This document shows, in pieces, positions 1 through 13,560 of a stretch of 64,000 nt of DNA. The notes under the pieces were generated by a model, which had not been told where the DNA came from, did no database searches, and saw nothing but the letters and a program-made list of their open reading frames with translations. How positions within the stretch are numbered: position 1 is the stretch's first letter; the number at the start of each line of letters is the position of its first letter. Location: NCBI GenBank assembly GCA_013265495.1, contig MU063897.1, positions 2,427,220-2,491,219 on the forward strand. Direction: 5' to 3'. The position numbers and the translations under genes were made by a program. The DNA is from Vicugna vicugna. Taxonomy: Eukaryota.

Positions 1-3000
1 CTAAGTCCATCATCTTGTTGGTTCAAAGGATTCTATCCTGAGACAAAGCTTTGGGGCCAGTAAGAGACTGGCCCTAAAATACTGCCCACTTGAGAGATCA
101 ATGACAATTTAAAGAAATTTGGCTAATATTTTGTCGATGTCAGCCGAGGTTGGCCGGCTGTCGACTGGATCACCTCAGTCTCCTCCTCGTGGCCTCTAAT
201 CTTCCACCAGGCTAGCCCAGGCTTCCTCATGTAATGACAGGGCTCTGGGGGCAGCAAGAGGGCAAGCCCCCAAAGCAAGCACTTGTCAAGTCTCTGTGTC
301 CAATTGGCCAGAGAAAGTCACAGGGCCAAGCCCAGAGCCTGTGTGGGAAGACACTTCCAGAGGGAGAGGAGACAGGGAGTGAATGGTGGTGGTTACTACC
401 ATCAGCCAACCACAGGAAGGGAATTAACACTTATTAGACACCTACTATATGCCAGGGACTGTGCCAAATGCTTTCCTTTAATCATCACAGATCTCTAAGC
501 ACTATATCTCCTTTTAGGGATGAGGAAGCACCACTCAGAGACGGTGAGTCCCTTGTCCATGAAGTTGCCAGATTTCGTGAGCACAGATTCAAACTCGTGC
601 AGCTGGGGAGCTGGGTGGAACCTGCCCCCTGAGAGAAATACATGTTAATTCTTGTGGAAAGATGCCACAAGGTCACACAGGAGTCCACTTCAATCAAACA
701 CTTGAATGGAGCTGCCAGGTAGCTCTTCTCCTTACCTACGAGGGCACAGCCGCTTTCTGTGGACATGAGTCAGCAGCAATGAGATCCATGGGTGCCCGTG
801 ATTCTCTGTCCCTCATCACTGCAGGTGGAGAGACAAAGCAGGGAGAAAGGAAGCAATGTGTCCTTTGGGACCAGCGTCCCCGAGCAGACGGCCTCAGTGA
901 TGGGGTCATCCGAAGGAGACCTCTGCTTTCTCGCCCTTTCTAATGTCAGGCTTTGCTCTCTGAGGTCACACTGGTCTTCCACTCTTTCAGACACAGGTTT
1001 TTCACCATTTTGAAAGTGCTAGGTTAAAGACTCAACTCTATGGGGTGGGCTCAGTCAGCTCTCATCTGATAGAAAATCCTGGGAAGCCTATGGATGTGCC
1101 CACACTGCGGTGCTCACTTGGGCGCAGGCATCTAAACAGGACACAGATCACTTGATGGAAGAGCGATCAGACTGAATTCTGGTTCAGAACAAACGAGGGG
1201 CTGGTCGGGACACCCCGGTGGGACTTCATCATTCCGGCAGAAGAGGCTCCTGCCTGGAAGGCTGTTGGAAGCTATGTAGAGCTAAGTAAATGGTTAATTA
1301 TCATCTAAGACTAAAAAAATTTTTTAATGCTGCTTTCAAGTTCAACAGAAAGGGTCTCAGATGAAAGGAGGCAGAGTGACAAGCACAGAGCAGGAACTGG
1401 CCACTGGCCACAGAAACGAGCACGACCGGACCCAGCGCAGCCTTGGGCTTTGCCTCCACATTTCAGAAGCCTGAGTCAGGCCCTGATGTTTTAGCTGCCT
1501 GTTGACTTCCTGAAGCCCAATTACAGCCCGGGACCAACACGTCCCTCAGGGTAACGCATGGAGGCCTGCACACAGCTCTGATGACCCTTCTTTTCACGCG
1601 GGGCTTGAAACGGGAGACAGACGCACAACAGGAAAGGGCTGTCCGGCCCCAGACACGCCTCCTGCCTCGGGGCCAGCCTGATGTCGCCGGAATTTCCGAC
1701 TTCACCCTCAGTGAGCTCACCAACTCAGTGCCCTCTTTATCCCAAGCGAAAAGGGATGGTTGTCTCACTCGGTGCCCAGGGTCCCCAGCATGTTTACTCT
1801 TCTTTGTAGAGAACATTTCTGAGCCTGTCCTCTTTTTTCCCAAAGCCTCCAGGACAAAGCTCCCCTTACGGACAGAGGAAGGGCTGTGGATCCTGACCCA
1901 GTTCCATCGTCTTTCCCCGGATAAACAGCTGTATCTTTGGCTTATGAATTCCTTCCTTATTCTTACTTAAGAGCTAGTTTTAATTGACCCTGATGTCTCG
2001 TGATCTGTTGATTAAAACACCACTAACAGTGTCCCATGTGCACGTAAATCACTGTTAATTGCTGTTAAGTCAAGGCCTTGGGAGAGATGAGATTCAAGCT
2101 CGGACTTTTGCTTTCATTCTGTGGCTCCTTCCTTTATGCTATGCTGGCTTCTCTGAAAAGTGAGGTAGAGGAGAAAGAGGACATGAGAAACAGAAGGAAG
2201 GTGGAGTTGATCTCTGGTTGAAAGCAGCAGAAACTGATTCCAGCTAGCTTAGATGGAAAAGAGTTTTATTGGACGGGCACCAGCTGGCTTTCAGAATCTA
2301 GTGGAAGGTAGGCAAACAGGGCTTCGAAAAGGACATAAACTGCAGTGTTCTAGGGTCTGGGCACGAGAAACTAATTAATAGCTGCCTTGGGTCTCTGCCC
2401 CTGGAATAAATTTGCTCCAACGATTTCCCTCTCACTCTGTGCAATTGTCAAAATCCCGGGAGAGAGCCTGGCTGGTTGTATGGGGACCACTTGTGTTCCC
2501 CAAGCCAGGAGAGAGAAGAGCCCTAAAACGGCACATGATGAGGAGAAAGATCGGACTTCCCACATGCTGTTAGCAAGTAAAGGAGAAATGGATGCTGAGT
2601 GCCCAAAAGACAAACGACTACTATGGCAGAACTTTCCAGGTGTCAGGACCTAAGATTCTGGCCACCCCAAACTGGATTAGGGTGGGGGGAGGGCCCTGCA
2701 GGTTGAGTCTTATTCATGCCATTGGGATGGCCACCATCATTACCACCATCTTCTGTCTAGGAGAGATGGACTGGGTCCCCATCTCCTCCAAACCTGGATG
2801 CTGGGAGGGAACATTTCTTCTCTCAGGAATTAGTCCTCATCTGAAAACATAAGGTTCAACTGTAAAGCTGAAGACTGTGTAGACACACTGTCTTATAAGG
2901 ACTACTCATAATGCAGTGGTCTTTATAGTCACATGACTGGAGTTGGAAGTCTAGCACCATCTACCAGCTATGAGACGCTGAGAAAATACCCAGCTACTCT

Positions 3001-6000
3001 CTGAGCTTCAGTCTGTCCTGCTGTAAAATGGGGAGATAATAACATGTACTCTGCCTCCGTCTCCCTGTTGTTCCATCAAATGAAATAAAGTTGGAAGTTT
3101 GTGAGCTGTGAGCTATATACAGATGCAAAGAGGGATTACTGTAATTTTCATTGTTAAGTGACACTGCTTGGATAAGTGGCTGGAGGCAGGAAACACAGCT
3201 GGAAACCACAGTAATGGAGGGGAGGTTTGAGGAGTAGAGGATGGGGCTCTGGAAGACAATCATCTGGACCTTCAGATTCTTCTCAACTTCAAGCCTTGTG
3301 AGTGGATGAGTCTCCATTAGAGCCAGTGACACATCCCAAGGCCAAATGGCCTGAGGGTAGATTATAAATTCCACCAGTAATTTTGAAAGATCTGATTTAA
3401 GCTCTATCTCCTTTACTGAGAACCCAACTGTTAAACCCTTCCTGGCAATTAAGCTCCTTGAGGCTGAGCATGAAAAAAGCTGGGTTGCCTCCAAAGCCCC
3501 TTCCTCGCCACCTTTCACAGGTTGGCACCGGGCAAGGATGGAAGCTGATGAAACGCTCCCTCCTCCATCGCCTGCTTCTGTCTTGCTGGCCGTCCTTCCT
3601 GCAGCTGTGCTCCAAGATGAGCATCTCAGTCATCATTCCCTAATAGCTTCGTCTCCCCCGACTCCCGGGGGAAGCGAGTTCCTCCCCTCGCTCACATGCC
3701 CCACTTCAAGCCATCTGCATGCACTATAGGACACTTGCCACCTGACATCTTGATGTTTAAAACCATTCAGATCCTCTGGAATCTCACTACTTGTGCTATT
3801 TATGCCCCCAGAGCATGAAACATAAAGACCAACCCTCTCATCTTTTTATTCTAAATGTTCTGTACAGGTTCCACGGACCTGGCATGACACAAGGTGGGTT
3901 TGATCTTGATTCCTTGTTGTCTTCTGTATCATTGTCTCTTTATGACTATTCCAGACTCTCTCTTCCTAAAACCCCATTCCCACTCACATCTTTATTGCCT
4001 ATTTACTTCCTGGAGGCTTCCTGAGGTTATGGACTCTGTTTTATTTTCTGCGGTATCCCTAACACCCAGCGCAGTGGCTACCCTGTCTTAAGGGCTAAAT
4101 ATACACTTGTGAAATGAAGGCATCCCTACATGGGTAAGTCCTCCGATGTTGCTGTAATACGTAATGCCCTGGTCAAAACTAAGGTTTATTAGAGCAGCAT
4201 CTGGAAAGGGTTCTGTTAACCTGCTCGTCTCACTTTGGGAATTGAAATCTCATTTAGACAGTCACTTGGGTGGCGGGCGGAACCCCCCATTACAGATCTA
4301 TAATTATAGTAATATCCAGTAAGGTGTTTAACGTAGGACTTCTAAAGGCAACAAAGGAATTGTTTGAGATGGTCTGAGTCTACACACTGGAATGAGAATC
4401 ACAGACAGCTTACTGCAAAGTAAACTTAAGCATAATTACATGCTGTGATCTACAGATACACGATGGGATTCTGATATTAATTTCCAGTCACGCCTCACCA
4501 AGGATCGGCGAAAGCCCTTAGCCGAGTGCGGTTAAGGAAATATCTCTGTTTTCACCTGGTTTGGATTTACAGCCTGTGTGCCACACACAGGTCCTCTTAC
4601 TTCAGCTTCTAGGCTGTTCCCGCCCCACACCATGGGGTCCCGGGAGGCTCCAGTCCGCCTGCCAGGGTTCCCCACGTCAAGAATTGTGTCATTGCACAGA
4701 CTTCTTATGTTCTGTTTCCAACCCTCCATAATTCAGATTTTAAACTAAAAATTAGGTCAAAGTGGAAAGATTTGGCTAGAGGGTCACAGAATATCAGTGT
4801 CAGAAGAGACCTGAAGCATTACTAAGTCCAAGCTTTCTGGTGCCATGCCAGCCAGTGCTGGGTCCAGCCTTCACTGGAACAAATGTAGTGAGCATCTGGT
4901 GATTTGGCCACAGGCAAGGGATGAGGAGTGGCCTATGTCATGTGCCTGTCTCCTTGCAAAGAGGCAGAGAGGTCATATGAGTGGAAGGAGGGCAAGATTC
5001 AAGTCAAAAATAGCCCTGGCATTTCAGGTAAATGAAATACCAACATCTTTTCCTCAATCTCCATTTATATTCAAAATCACTTTTATTCCAGCCAGACTAG
5101 TACCAAAGTGAAAAATAGTGGCATGAGTGTCTCGTCATGACCCCGCTGGTTTGGGGCAAAACAAGCTCTCATCCAAACTTCCGGCAGACAACCCAGGCTG
5201 CAGCTTGGCTGATTTCCATCCCGTGAGTGCGGCCGGCCGGGAGCACAGGGAGGTGGCAGACCAGAGAAGCCCCGCCTCCCTTGGTCCAGAGGCAGCCAAC
5301 TTCAGGGACCGGACATGTTAGGAAGATCTTGGCTGTAAACTGACTTTTGCAAAACCTCTCTCAACTTTAGCAGAAGGGAAGTTAGGTTGCCATCCCGTGA
5401 GGGAGGGCAAATCAAAGTGTACCCTAGGACATAAAATGCTAGAGATGTTTAAAAAGTAATTTACAGGAAAGGAGATAACACTCTGCTCTGATGAGACTTA
5501 AATAAACACATGCGGTGGACCACAGAGAGCGACGAAGGAAATTACTGCTCATTGATAGGAACAAACCAATGGGATGAAAAGAGATAATACAACCTGTCAG
5601 GTCCCTGGCCCTCCGAAGTTTTGATGCTAGAAGTGAAATACAGAATTCCTAGTTTTGAAATTCCAAACCTAAAACTAAAATGTCCAATTATAGGGACTAA
5701 GTAAATGAAGGTTTATATAGTCAATGAACTATTATGTACCTATTAAATATTATGATGATTACGAATGAAGGGTTTAGAACAACACGGGGATACCCTTGGG
5801 ATGACTTGAAGTGGAACCACAGTTTTGTAAACACGGGATAATGTGTTTACAACTAGGAAAAATAGTGCTTCACTGGAAAAAGCCCTCTTTATTCCTTTCT
5901 AGATCAAGAAAGGGTTAAGGTGACGTATTGTGCGTAGTTCCAGCGCTCTAGCTCTCTCCTGTTTTCACCTGTCCACCAGGCATCACAGTATTCGTGCTCA

Positions 6001-6828
6001 AGAGCTGGAACCATGGGTGGGCGTTTCCTTTTGTTAGTTTTATTACGTCATTCCTTCTAGTTTGTTGTAGCAAGACTAGAAAAGGGATAAAAGCAAAATA
6101 AAAACATTCATAATTCTACCCTGGATAGATAACATTTTGGTGTTCTCTTTCCAGATATTTTCATACGCAGATAGATATGTAAGTACATTTATTTTTATAA
6201 AATTAGGATCATACTCTGCATCTGATGAATATTTAGAACCACCGACCTTGCACTGTCTGGTGTCATCCTGGCCCTGGGGGCGCTTCCTCTCTCCTCTGGG
6301 TGGAAGTTCACGGGCAGTCAGATCACAGAGTAGTTTGTAACCCAACCATGTCCCTATGTTGCTTGATAAGATGTGAAACCTGAAATTGAAATAATGGGCA
6401 GCATTCCCAGTTTCCACAGAGGTAGCCCCTCCCCTGGTCATCTAATGAGCAATTTGCTTTTGTCCTAGAAAAAACCAGCAAAGGGCAGGATGGCCCATCA
6501 AATCTCACGCCCTTGCCAAATGGTGTGCAGACAGGAAAATGTCCAGTGGTCCTGCTGGGAGCACGAGGCCAACGGAAGCACCCTCAGGAAGCAGGGGAGG
6601 GTACCTCCCCGCCCTCCTGGTGCCCAGACATCAGGACAGCCTCTCCATGGCCTGAGCTTTTGCCCCCCACCCCCCAACAGAGGAGGGAGGCCCCGAAGCG
6701 TCCCGAGGCCGCTCTCGCAGAGGCAGGGAAGACACCGGTGAGGAACTGCCCCTTCCTCTGCTTCCCACAACATCCTGCCCTGGGGGCTCTGAGCCGCTCA
6801 GAGGGCCTGTCCTTGTTTCCTGGAGCAG

Positions 6829-6998
6829 NNNNNNNNNNNNNNNNNNNNNNNNNNNNNNNNNNNNNNNNNNNNNNNNNNNNNNNNNNNNNNNNNNNNNNNN
6901 NNNNNNNNNNNNNNNNNNNNNNNNNNNNNNNNNNNNNNNNNNNNNNNNNNNNNNNNNNNNNNNNNNNNNNNNNNNNNNNNNNNNNNNNNNNNNNNNNN
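6829..6998. other. Assembly gap (170 N)
   Basis: Run of n characters. Confidence 1.
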
Positions 6999-7260
6999 CT
7001 GGCTTGCGGTAGCATTACTCGGATGTCTGCCTCCATCTTCACATGGCCCTGTGTCTGTCTTCACGTGGTGTTCTCGTGTGTGTGTGTGTGTGTGTGTGTG
7101 TTTCCGTCCCTCTACCTATAAGGACACCTGTCACACTGGGTTAGCGCCCACCCTGATGGCTGCGTCTTAACTTGATTACATCTGCAAAGACCCTACTGTC
7201 CAATAAGACGGCATCCACAGACACTGGGAGTTAGAACTACAACATGTCTTTTGAGGGGCC
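6999..7260. mobile_element. MLT1 (ERVL-MaLR) LTR fragment adjoining the assembly gap
   Basis: TATAAGGACACC...GATTACATCTGCAAAGACCCTA...TTAGAACTACAACAT hallmark. Confidence 0.75.
7076..7101. repeat. (GT)n microsatellite inside MLT1
   Basis: About 13 GT units. Confidence 0.9.
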
Positions 7261-8032
7261 AACTGAATCAGTCCTCTTTCACTATTTCAGGTGTATCTGG
7301 AGGGACTGACAAAATAGGACAGATTAAAAATCTGAAAATCCTACAGCTCGCTTCCTAACACCCCTGTAACACTCAGGAAATCTTTCGGGGGGAATGTCCA
7401 TGACAATTATGTTTGGAAAAGTCATTTAATTTCTCTGGGCCTTAGTTTTCTCATTTATTAAATGAGCTAATGCAGTGATTTTGAAGGCGTTGACCTTGAC
7501 ACTGGTGGGAGCTAGGTGTCATTTTGATGACTGTGAATGACCCAAGAATGCCAGTCTTTCCCCTGGTTCTTGCAGGTAACTCACACACAAGCTCCTTCTC
7601 AGGTACAGTTAAAGGCTACTTGCCAATAACCTTCAAAGATGTGGAATTTATACACTAAAATTAGAGTCTGCAGGGTTCACCGGGGACTCAAGTTTGTTAT
7701 TCAACACTATGCTTAACGCAGGTGGCATTTCTCCAGTTTTTGGAAGGATGCTTTTTAGTTAGTTCTTTGGCACTTGTTTTGAGTTGTTGTGGTTTCAATA
7801 GCTCTTAGTCATACTTTTTATTTATAAATCACTATGGGTTTTGTGCCCTCATTATCCATTTTAGCCTGATGAGAGATTTGTGGTTTGTCCTAGTGTGGGT
7901 ATTTGGGGACTATAGAATAGTCCACTATTTAGGTGTTACATATAAATGAATTGCAGTTCAATAAGGAGTCCCACATATGTCCTGGCTGCTAAAGGAGATA
8001 GCCTCAGGACCTCTCACAGTCTGCTGGTATGG

Positions 8033-8142
8033 TAGGGTGCCCAGCATCCCAGGCTGCCCAGGACTGAGGGTTTTGCCAGGACGTGGAACGCTCAGTGCTA
8101 AAACTGGGGAAATCTGGGCAACCTGGTGCCACTGGTCACCCT
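8033..8142. mobile_element. MER94-like hAT MITE
   Basis: TAGGGTG...GGTCACCCT terminal inverted repeats; internal CCCAGGACTGAGGG...CAGTGCTAAAACTGGG. Confidence 0.75.
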
Positions 8143-10949
8143 GTAGTGTAGGGACGCTTCCTTGGTCGCTGGCTTGCCTGTGGATTTATGCTAGTCTCAC
8201 AATTGAGGTTAGTGTAATGAAAGTAGTAAGGTTGTTTTTGAGACCGGAGGACATTGACTTAGATGATGTAAAATCCAATGTATGTCAGGCTCTTTCAACA
8301 TAAACCGAAACTGAATGTGATGTCACGTGTTCAGCAAGTTCAGGGCGACAAAACCACTGGGCTCCTTTGCAATTCTTACCTCCTTCCCAGAGAGACATGG
8401 CATAGCTGGGACGTTGGTGTTCTTTGGAGCCACCCAACTGGGTATAGTTGAAAAAGTTTAGGAAGCCCTGGTCAAAGGGCTCAGAAGACTGTTCCTCCCC
8501 ACCCCCCATCCCCTGCAGCCACAGGTTCTAAATCCACCTTGACCGAGCTCAAGGTTCTATACAAACGTGGGAGTGAGGACCACAGCCTGTGAAGCATCCC
8601 TGGAGGTCCTGACTGAGAATCACCTGACCTTCGGAAGATTTTTGGTATTGACACACAGCCTCCTGGGAGAGTGTCCAGTGCGGAGCCTCTTATTTGGCTC
8701 CACTGTTTTGTAGGAAGCCGGAAGCGGGGGTGGGGGAGGCGAGCTGCTGTTTATTTCTGGGTTCACCTTCAGCATGGCGGAACTCCGATTAGGGGCTCTT
8801 GGCTTCTGGCTGAATTTACTTGAGTCTTCACAACAATTCTGCGAAGTGTGACTGACCCTGCTTTGCAGATGAGGAATCTACCTTCCTGGCCTGATGTACC
8901 TCCAACCCTGGACAAGTCACGCCCTGCAGCCCCTGAGGTCCCAAGGAACCTAGCACTCCACTGGCCCGAGCAGAGATCGCTCTCAAACTGGGGAAGCAGC
9001 AGAAGCCTTAAAAAGCCCAAAGAAACAAACAAGAGGTTGACAATTTAAAAATAAAACCAACACGTACTCAGCCTGGAATGGAAGCTCCTGATGGGTCCAT
9101 TCTTAGAACTCGTTGCCCCCGATTTACCCCAAGCCCTGGGTGACCCCTTCCTCACCATTTGGGCTGCATTTAAGGCTCCACTGGCTCGTGGGGTGTCACC
9201 GCCACTGTGAAAGGTGGCTGAACCACAGATGGGAGGCTGCTTCCCCCCATATACATTTTCTCTTCCCAGTGTGGAATGTCTTTTCAAACACATTTTTCTG
9301 CCTCGTGTTTCCAGAAGAGTTGTCCTTAAGAGTGAGCAAGCGACCGTGTTTTGACCTGATTCCTGCTTAGCCATGGGTTTTCCTGTCTCCTGGCAGGGGA
9401 CAGACACTCAGCATTCCAGATGGGGTCAGTGGTGGGACTGCTATTTATTTAACTGCTAATCCCACTTATGTGAAATTAATTTACTGTGCTATTATAACTC
9501 ACCTTGCTTCCTGCCCTGAAGGGCTCCTGTAATTGGCACCTGACTGCTCCACGGTGCTGCTGCTTCCTGGGCTAAGGGTGGGGAGCTGGGTCTTGGGGTG
9601 ACTCATGTTAGAAGGTCGTTTACACAGAAGAGACGTTTTGTCATAGACTGAGAAGGGTTACGGTAACGGCAGTGGTGGTGGTTTTTTCCTTCCTAATAAT
9701 CGGTTTCCTTTTAGGCCACCCCTTTCCAAGGAAGTTTGTTTACTATTATTAAACTCCTTTCCAACTCCAAATCCGGACTGCTCCAGTTTAGACAGCGTGC
9801 AGATGACTCTGCTTTCTCCAGTGGGAACCCAGCCCCTGGGTCATCACTGCCTCCACTCTAGACAAAGTGGAGGTTGGCTGTACAATCCCAAAGCAGGTGC
9901 TCATGGCCGAGGCGTCTGCGCTGCTCTTGAGATAAAAATCTTGTGAGGTCGTTACTTACCGGGTTTTACAAACATCTCTAAAAATCAGGGGCTGCTCACT
10001 AAAGCTTCCCAAATTCCGGCCCCCTGACCGTGGTATCTCCTGTGGTGAGGGTGAGCCAGGAGCCGTGGGCACGGAGGCTGCCGGTGACAGGGCTCTTCTG
10101 CAGAGACCAGAAGGAGCCGTGCTGCCCTCCTGCCGCCACCCCCACGTCGAGCTTCTGGCCTGCGCAGGTGGTGGGAGTGATGGTCTGAATATTTGGTTCT
10201 AGCCTTCTGGAGACACTGTCCTATTTCTAATTCACTTCCATTTCTGAATAGCTTACTCAGGTGCCTTGAGAGAAATCAAGAGAGGGGGTGAGAGCAGCCC
10301 AAAAGCTAGCTTTGGAGGGTCTATGCCAACACTGTGAACGTGGCCACTTAAACAAGTGGAGGGACTGGTCCCCCTCCAGCTTGGTACAATGCCCAGTGTC
10401 TTCTCAGACTTCATGCTGGCTGTAGAACGAAGCTGCCTTCAGCCAGGCTCATGTCCTTTGTTTTCCTTATTTCCCATCACTGCTTTTCACAAACCCTCTT
10501 CCCATCTAGTGATGTGCTCCTGAGCTCACTGCCTGTTCCCACCTCCCTGCCTTTGCCACGTGCTGCCCTGGAGGAACTAGAACGCCGTCTTCCTCCTTTT
10601 CATTCATCGAGTCTTTTCACCCAGCTGGTCTAGAGTGATGTCACTCTAGCTCAGGTCCCTTCTGCTGAAAGAAATACTCCTTGACCCTATCTGCTCACAG
10701 GCAGCGTCTCTCCATCAAATTCCACTAGTGCGCTCTGTACAGATTCACGTGGCACTGGGGACGTACTAATCCTTACATGCATGTCTTCTGTCAACTCCCA
10801 CTAGACTGTAGATGCTGTGAGACTAGGGGCTGTTGCTTCACGTTTATGCATAGTCTTACACGTAAGTAGGCCAACAATTAGTGGGATTTGATGATACAAC
10901 CAGTTATCTACTAACAAGTTGGATCCAGAGTGTAGCTTCTTGCTTTGAA

Positions 10950-11200
10950 CATGACTTTTGGTGTCAGAAAGACTTGATTTCTAAGCTTGACTGTGTCAAC
11001 TCGCAGCTTTGTGACCTTAGGCAAGCTATTTAACTTCACTGGGCTTGTTTCCTCACCTGTGAAAACAGACACCCAGCGTAATTGGCTCCTGGGTCTGTTG
11101 TGGATTTAAGAGAAGTAACACATATGAAATGTGTGGCTGGTGCATTGCCTGGCACCGAATCAGGTCTCAATAAACAGCAGCTGTTATTATTATCTGATTC
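10950..11200 (+). mobile_element. MIR SINE (representative of many MIR remnants in the window)
   Basis: TGTGACCTTAGGCAAGCTATTTAACTTC...TTTCCTCACCTGTGAAA core and CTCAATAAA tail. Confidence 0.8.
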
Positions 11201-12256
11201 TTTTTTGGGCTGATGCCCAGGTATCTCTGCTACAGCAAGACTCAACAACTAGCAAATTAATAGAGATGTCGGTTTAGGGGAGGCATCGTAGAGAGAATGT
11301 TGAAATGAGGTTTGGAGGTCCAACAAGGTAAGAAATCAGGGGTTAACTCAATTCTATTCTCTCCCAACTTTTCAACAGCCTGCAGACAGACTAGTTTTTA
11401 GCTGATTCTCCAGATATTGCAGAGTTTTCCCCAGAGGGGGGTGAAGAGTGACTGTGTATGACTCTAAAGACCTGTACTTGTCACCTGACCTTGAACATAA
11501 CAAACAGCCCCTGAGGAAGGTAGCTCCAGTTACCGTCATAGAGTTGGATGAGTTCTTCCAAGGCAGATTGATTTATTGGACCAGAAATACAGCTCAACAG
11601 CCCACACACGGATTCTGCTTTTGGCAAACTGCCTGGCTTGCCTCCTTCTCTCTTGCCCTGTTATATCGATCTGTGTGTGAGAGTTGGTGCAGTTTACTGC
11701 AGAGGTAGCCGTGTATGCTGCTGATGGAAGCTCCCAGCTCGAGGGCTGTCTGTCTGAGGGATCTCCAACCCTGAAACTAAAAGGACTCTTGTTCCATTTC
11801 TTCGTGTAGTGGCTTGAATTTCATTTCTCTGCTGCAGGTGGGTCCAGAATGTTCCAGAGTACCTCTCATTCTGTCTAAAGCTTCTGTTTCTAAATGCAAT
11901 AGCATTTTTTTAAGGAAAGAAGAAAACTAACCTTCATTGTGTGCCTTGTGCCAAGGGAAAAAAAAATCACTATCCATGTTGATCAAAAGATACTGAGACT
12001 CAAAGGGTTAAGGAACTGTCCCAAGGTCAAACGCAGTAGAGCCAAGATCCATACCTGGGTGTGTCTGACTGATGACCTCAGTGATGGCTGACTCCAAGTT
12101 TAGCCCTGCTAAGGGACAGCTGGCCAGCCACTACAGGAGAGACGTCCAGATTACAGGGTCACTAAAACGGAAATATTTTGAAACGTAGAGGCACAGCTTC
12201 CATTCATATTATCAGATATATTTTGTCACCATGTGCATGGCTTTTTGGCCTCCCTT

Positions 12257-12760
12257 GTATTATCTTTTGCCTTGTAACAAATTACCACAAACTTAGCAGC
12301 TTAAAACAACACACATTTATTGTCCCATAGTTCTTGTAGGTTAGGATTCCAGGCAGATTTAGCTGACTCCTCTGCTTAGGGTCTCAAGAGGCTGAAATGA
12401 AGTTGTCTCCCAGGGCTGCACTCTCATCTGGAGGCTCAGCTGGGGAAGGATCTGTTTCCCTGCTCACATGGCTGTTGGCAGCATTCAGCTTCTTGAGGTT
12501 TAAGACTGAGAGCTTCAGTTGTTTGCTGTCAGTTGGTTGGAAGCTCCTCTCAGGTCCTAGAGGCCACTGTAGTTATTTGCCATGTGGGGATTCCCAGTGT
12601 GGCCACCTGCTTCCTCACAGCCACCAGGGACAGAGAGAGACTCCTGCAAGCTGGGCACTACCGTCTTCTGTGACATAATCACATAGATCCCATAACCTTT
12701 ATCATACCCTGTGGGTAGGAAACAAATCACAGGTCCTGTCCATCCTCAAAGGGAGAGAGT
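12257..12760. mobile_element. MLT1 (ERVL-MaLR) solo LTR
   Basis: TGTAACAAATTACCACAAACTTAGCAGCTTAAAACAACAC... hallmark start; right end approximate. Confidence 0.75.
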
Positions 12761-13004
12761 CACAAAAAGGCATGAACCCAGGAACTGGAAGACAAATTCA
12801 ATGGCAGTGGGTGAGGGGCCCTTGGGGGTCTGGCTACCACATCCCTCTCATCCTTTCTCCTGTTCTGCTTTCTTTCCCTCTTCCTTCATTTCACCATCCT
12901 ATCTAGACTCAGACCTAGGGCTTTGCCAGTAAATAAGAGTTTTACAGATATGATATTGACAAGGAATATCACTTTGTGCCAGGTACCAAGCTAATTTTCT
13001 TTTA

Positions 13005-13560
13005 AATTTTTTATTAAAGTATAATATACATACAGAAATCTGCAACATCCAAAGTATAGAGTTTGATGAATTTTTTGGAGACTGAACATATCCGTGTAAC
13101 CACCCCACAGATCAGACAGCAGGCTATTACCAGCACCCCAAAGCCCTTTACGGCCCCCTTCCAGTCCCTGCACCCTCAGAGTGAGTCTCTGGCAGCACAG
13201 GCCACCTTTGTGTGTTTTTGTACATTGTATGAATGGAACCCACAGCCTGCATTGTTTTGTGTCTGGATTTCCTGACTGTACACAGGGCTGTGGCATGTGG
13301 TTCCAGGTGGTTCATTCTCATTGCTGAGCTGGGTTCCCATGTGTGAATAAACCCCAATCTGTGTATCTGTTCTCTTGGTGCTGGGTGCTGGGTAATCTCC
13401 AGTGTGGAGGTGTCACAGACAGTGCTGCTGTGAGCTGTCTAGTCTGCGTGTTTTGGTGAACACGTGTAAACAGTTCTGTTGGCTATACACCTGGGAGTGG
13501 AGCTGCTGGGTCGCTGGGTGTGCCTGTTTCAGTGGGCCGTGTTTATGTGTATAATCCTCA
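13005..13560 (-). mobile_element. Ancient L1 3' fragment (antisense)
   Basis: TTTTATTAAAGTATAATATACATACAGAAA...GTGTAACCACC...ATACACCTGGGAGTGGAGCTGCTGGGTC. Confidence 0.75.

Noticed and set aside
2994-3518. 174-aa minus-strand ORF
   Set aside because: Runs through a MIR remnant; no domain, no splice support.
4507-4516. GGC-GAAA-GCC tetraloop hairpin
   Set aside because: Only 3 bp of stem; no larger supporting structure.
5488-5540. Hammerhead-like words CTGATGAG...GACGAA
   Set aside because: No complementary stem II, and the GAAA core is not met.
6513-7121. 202-aa and 152-aa ORFs
   Set aside because: Artefacts of translating through the 170-N gap and an MLT1/(GT)n stretch.
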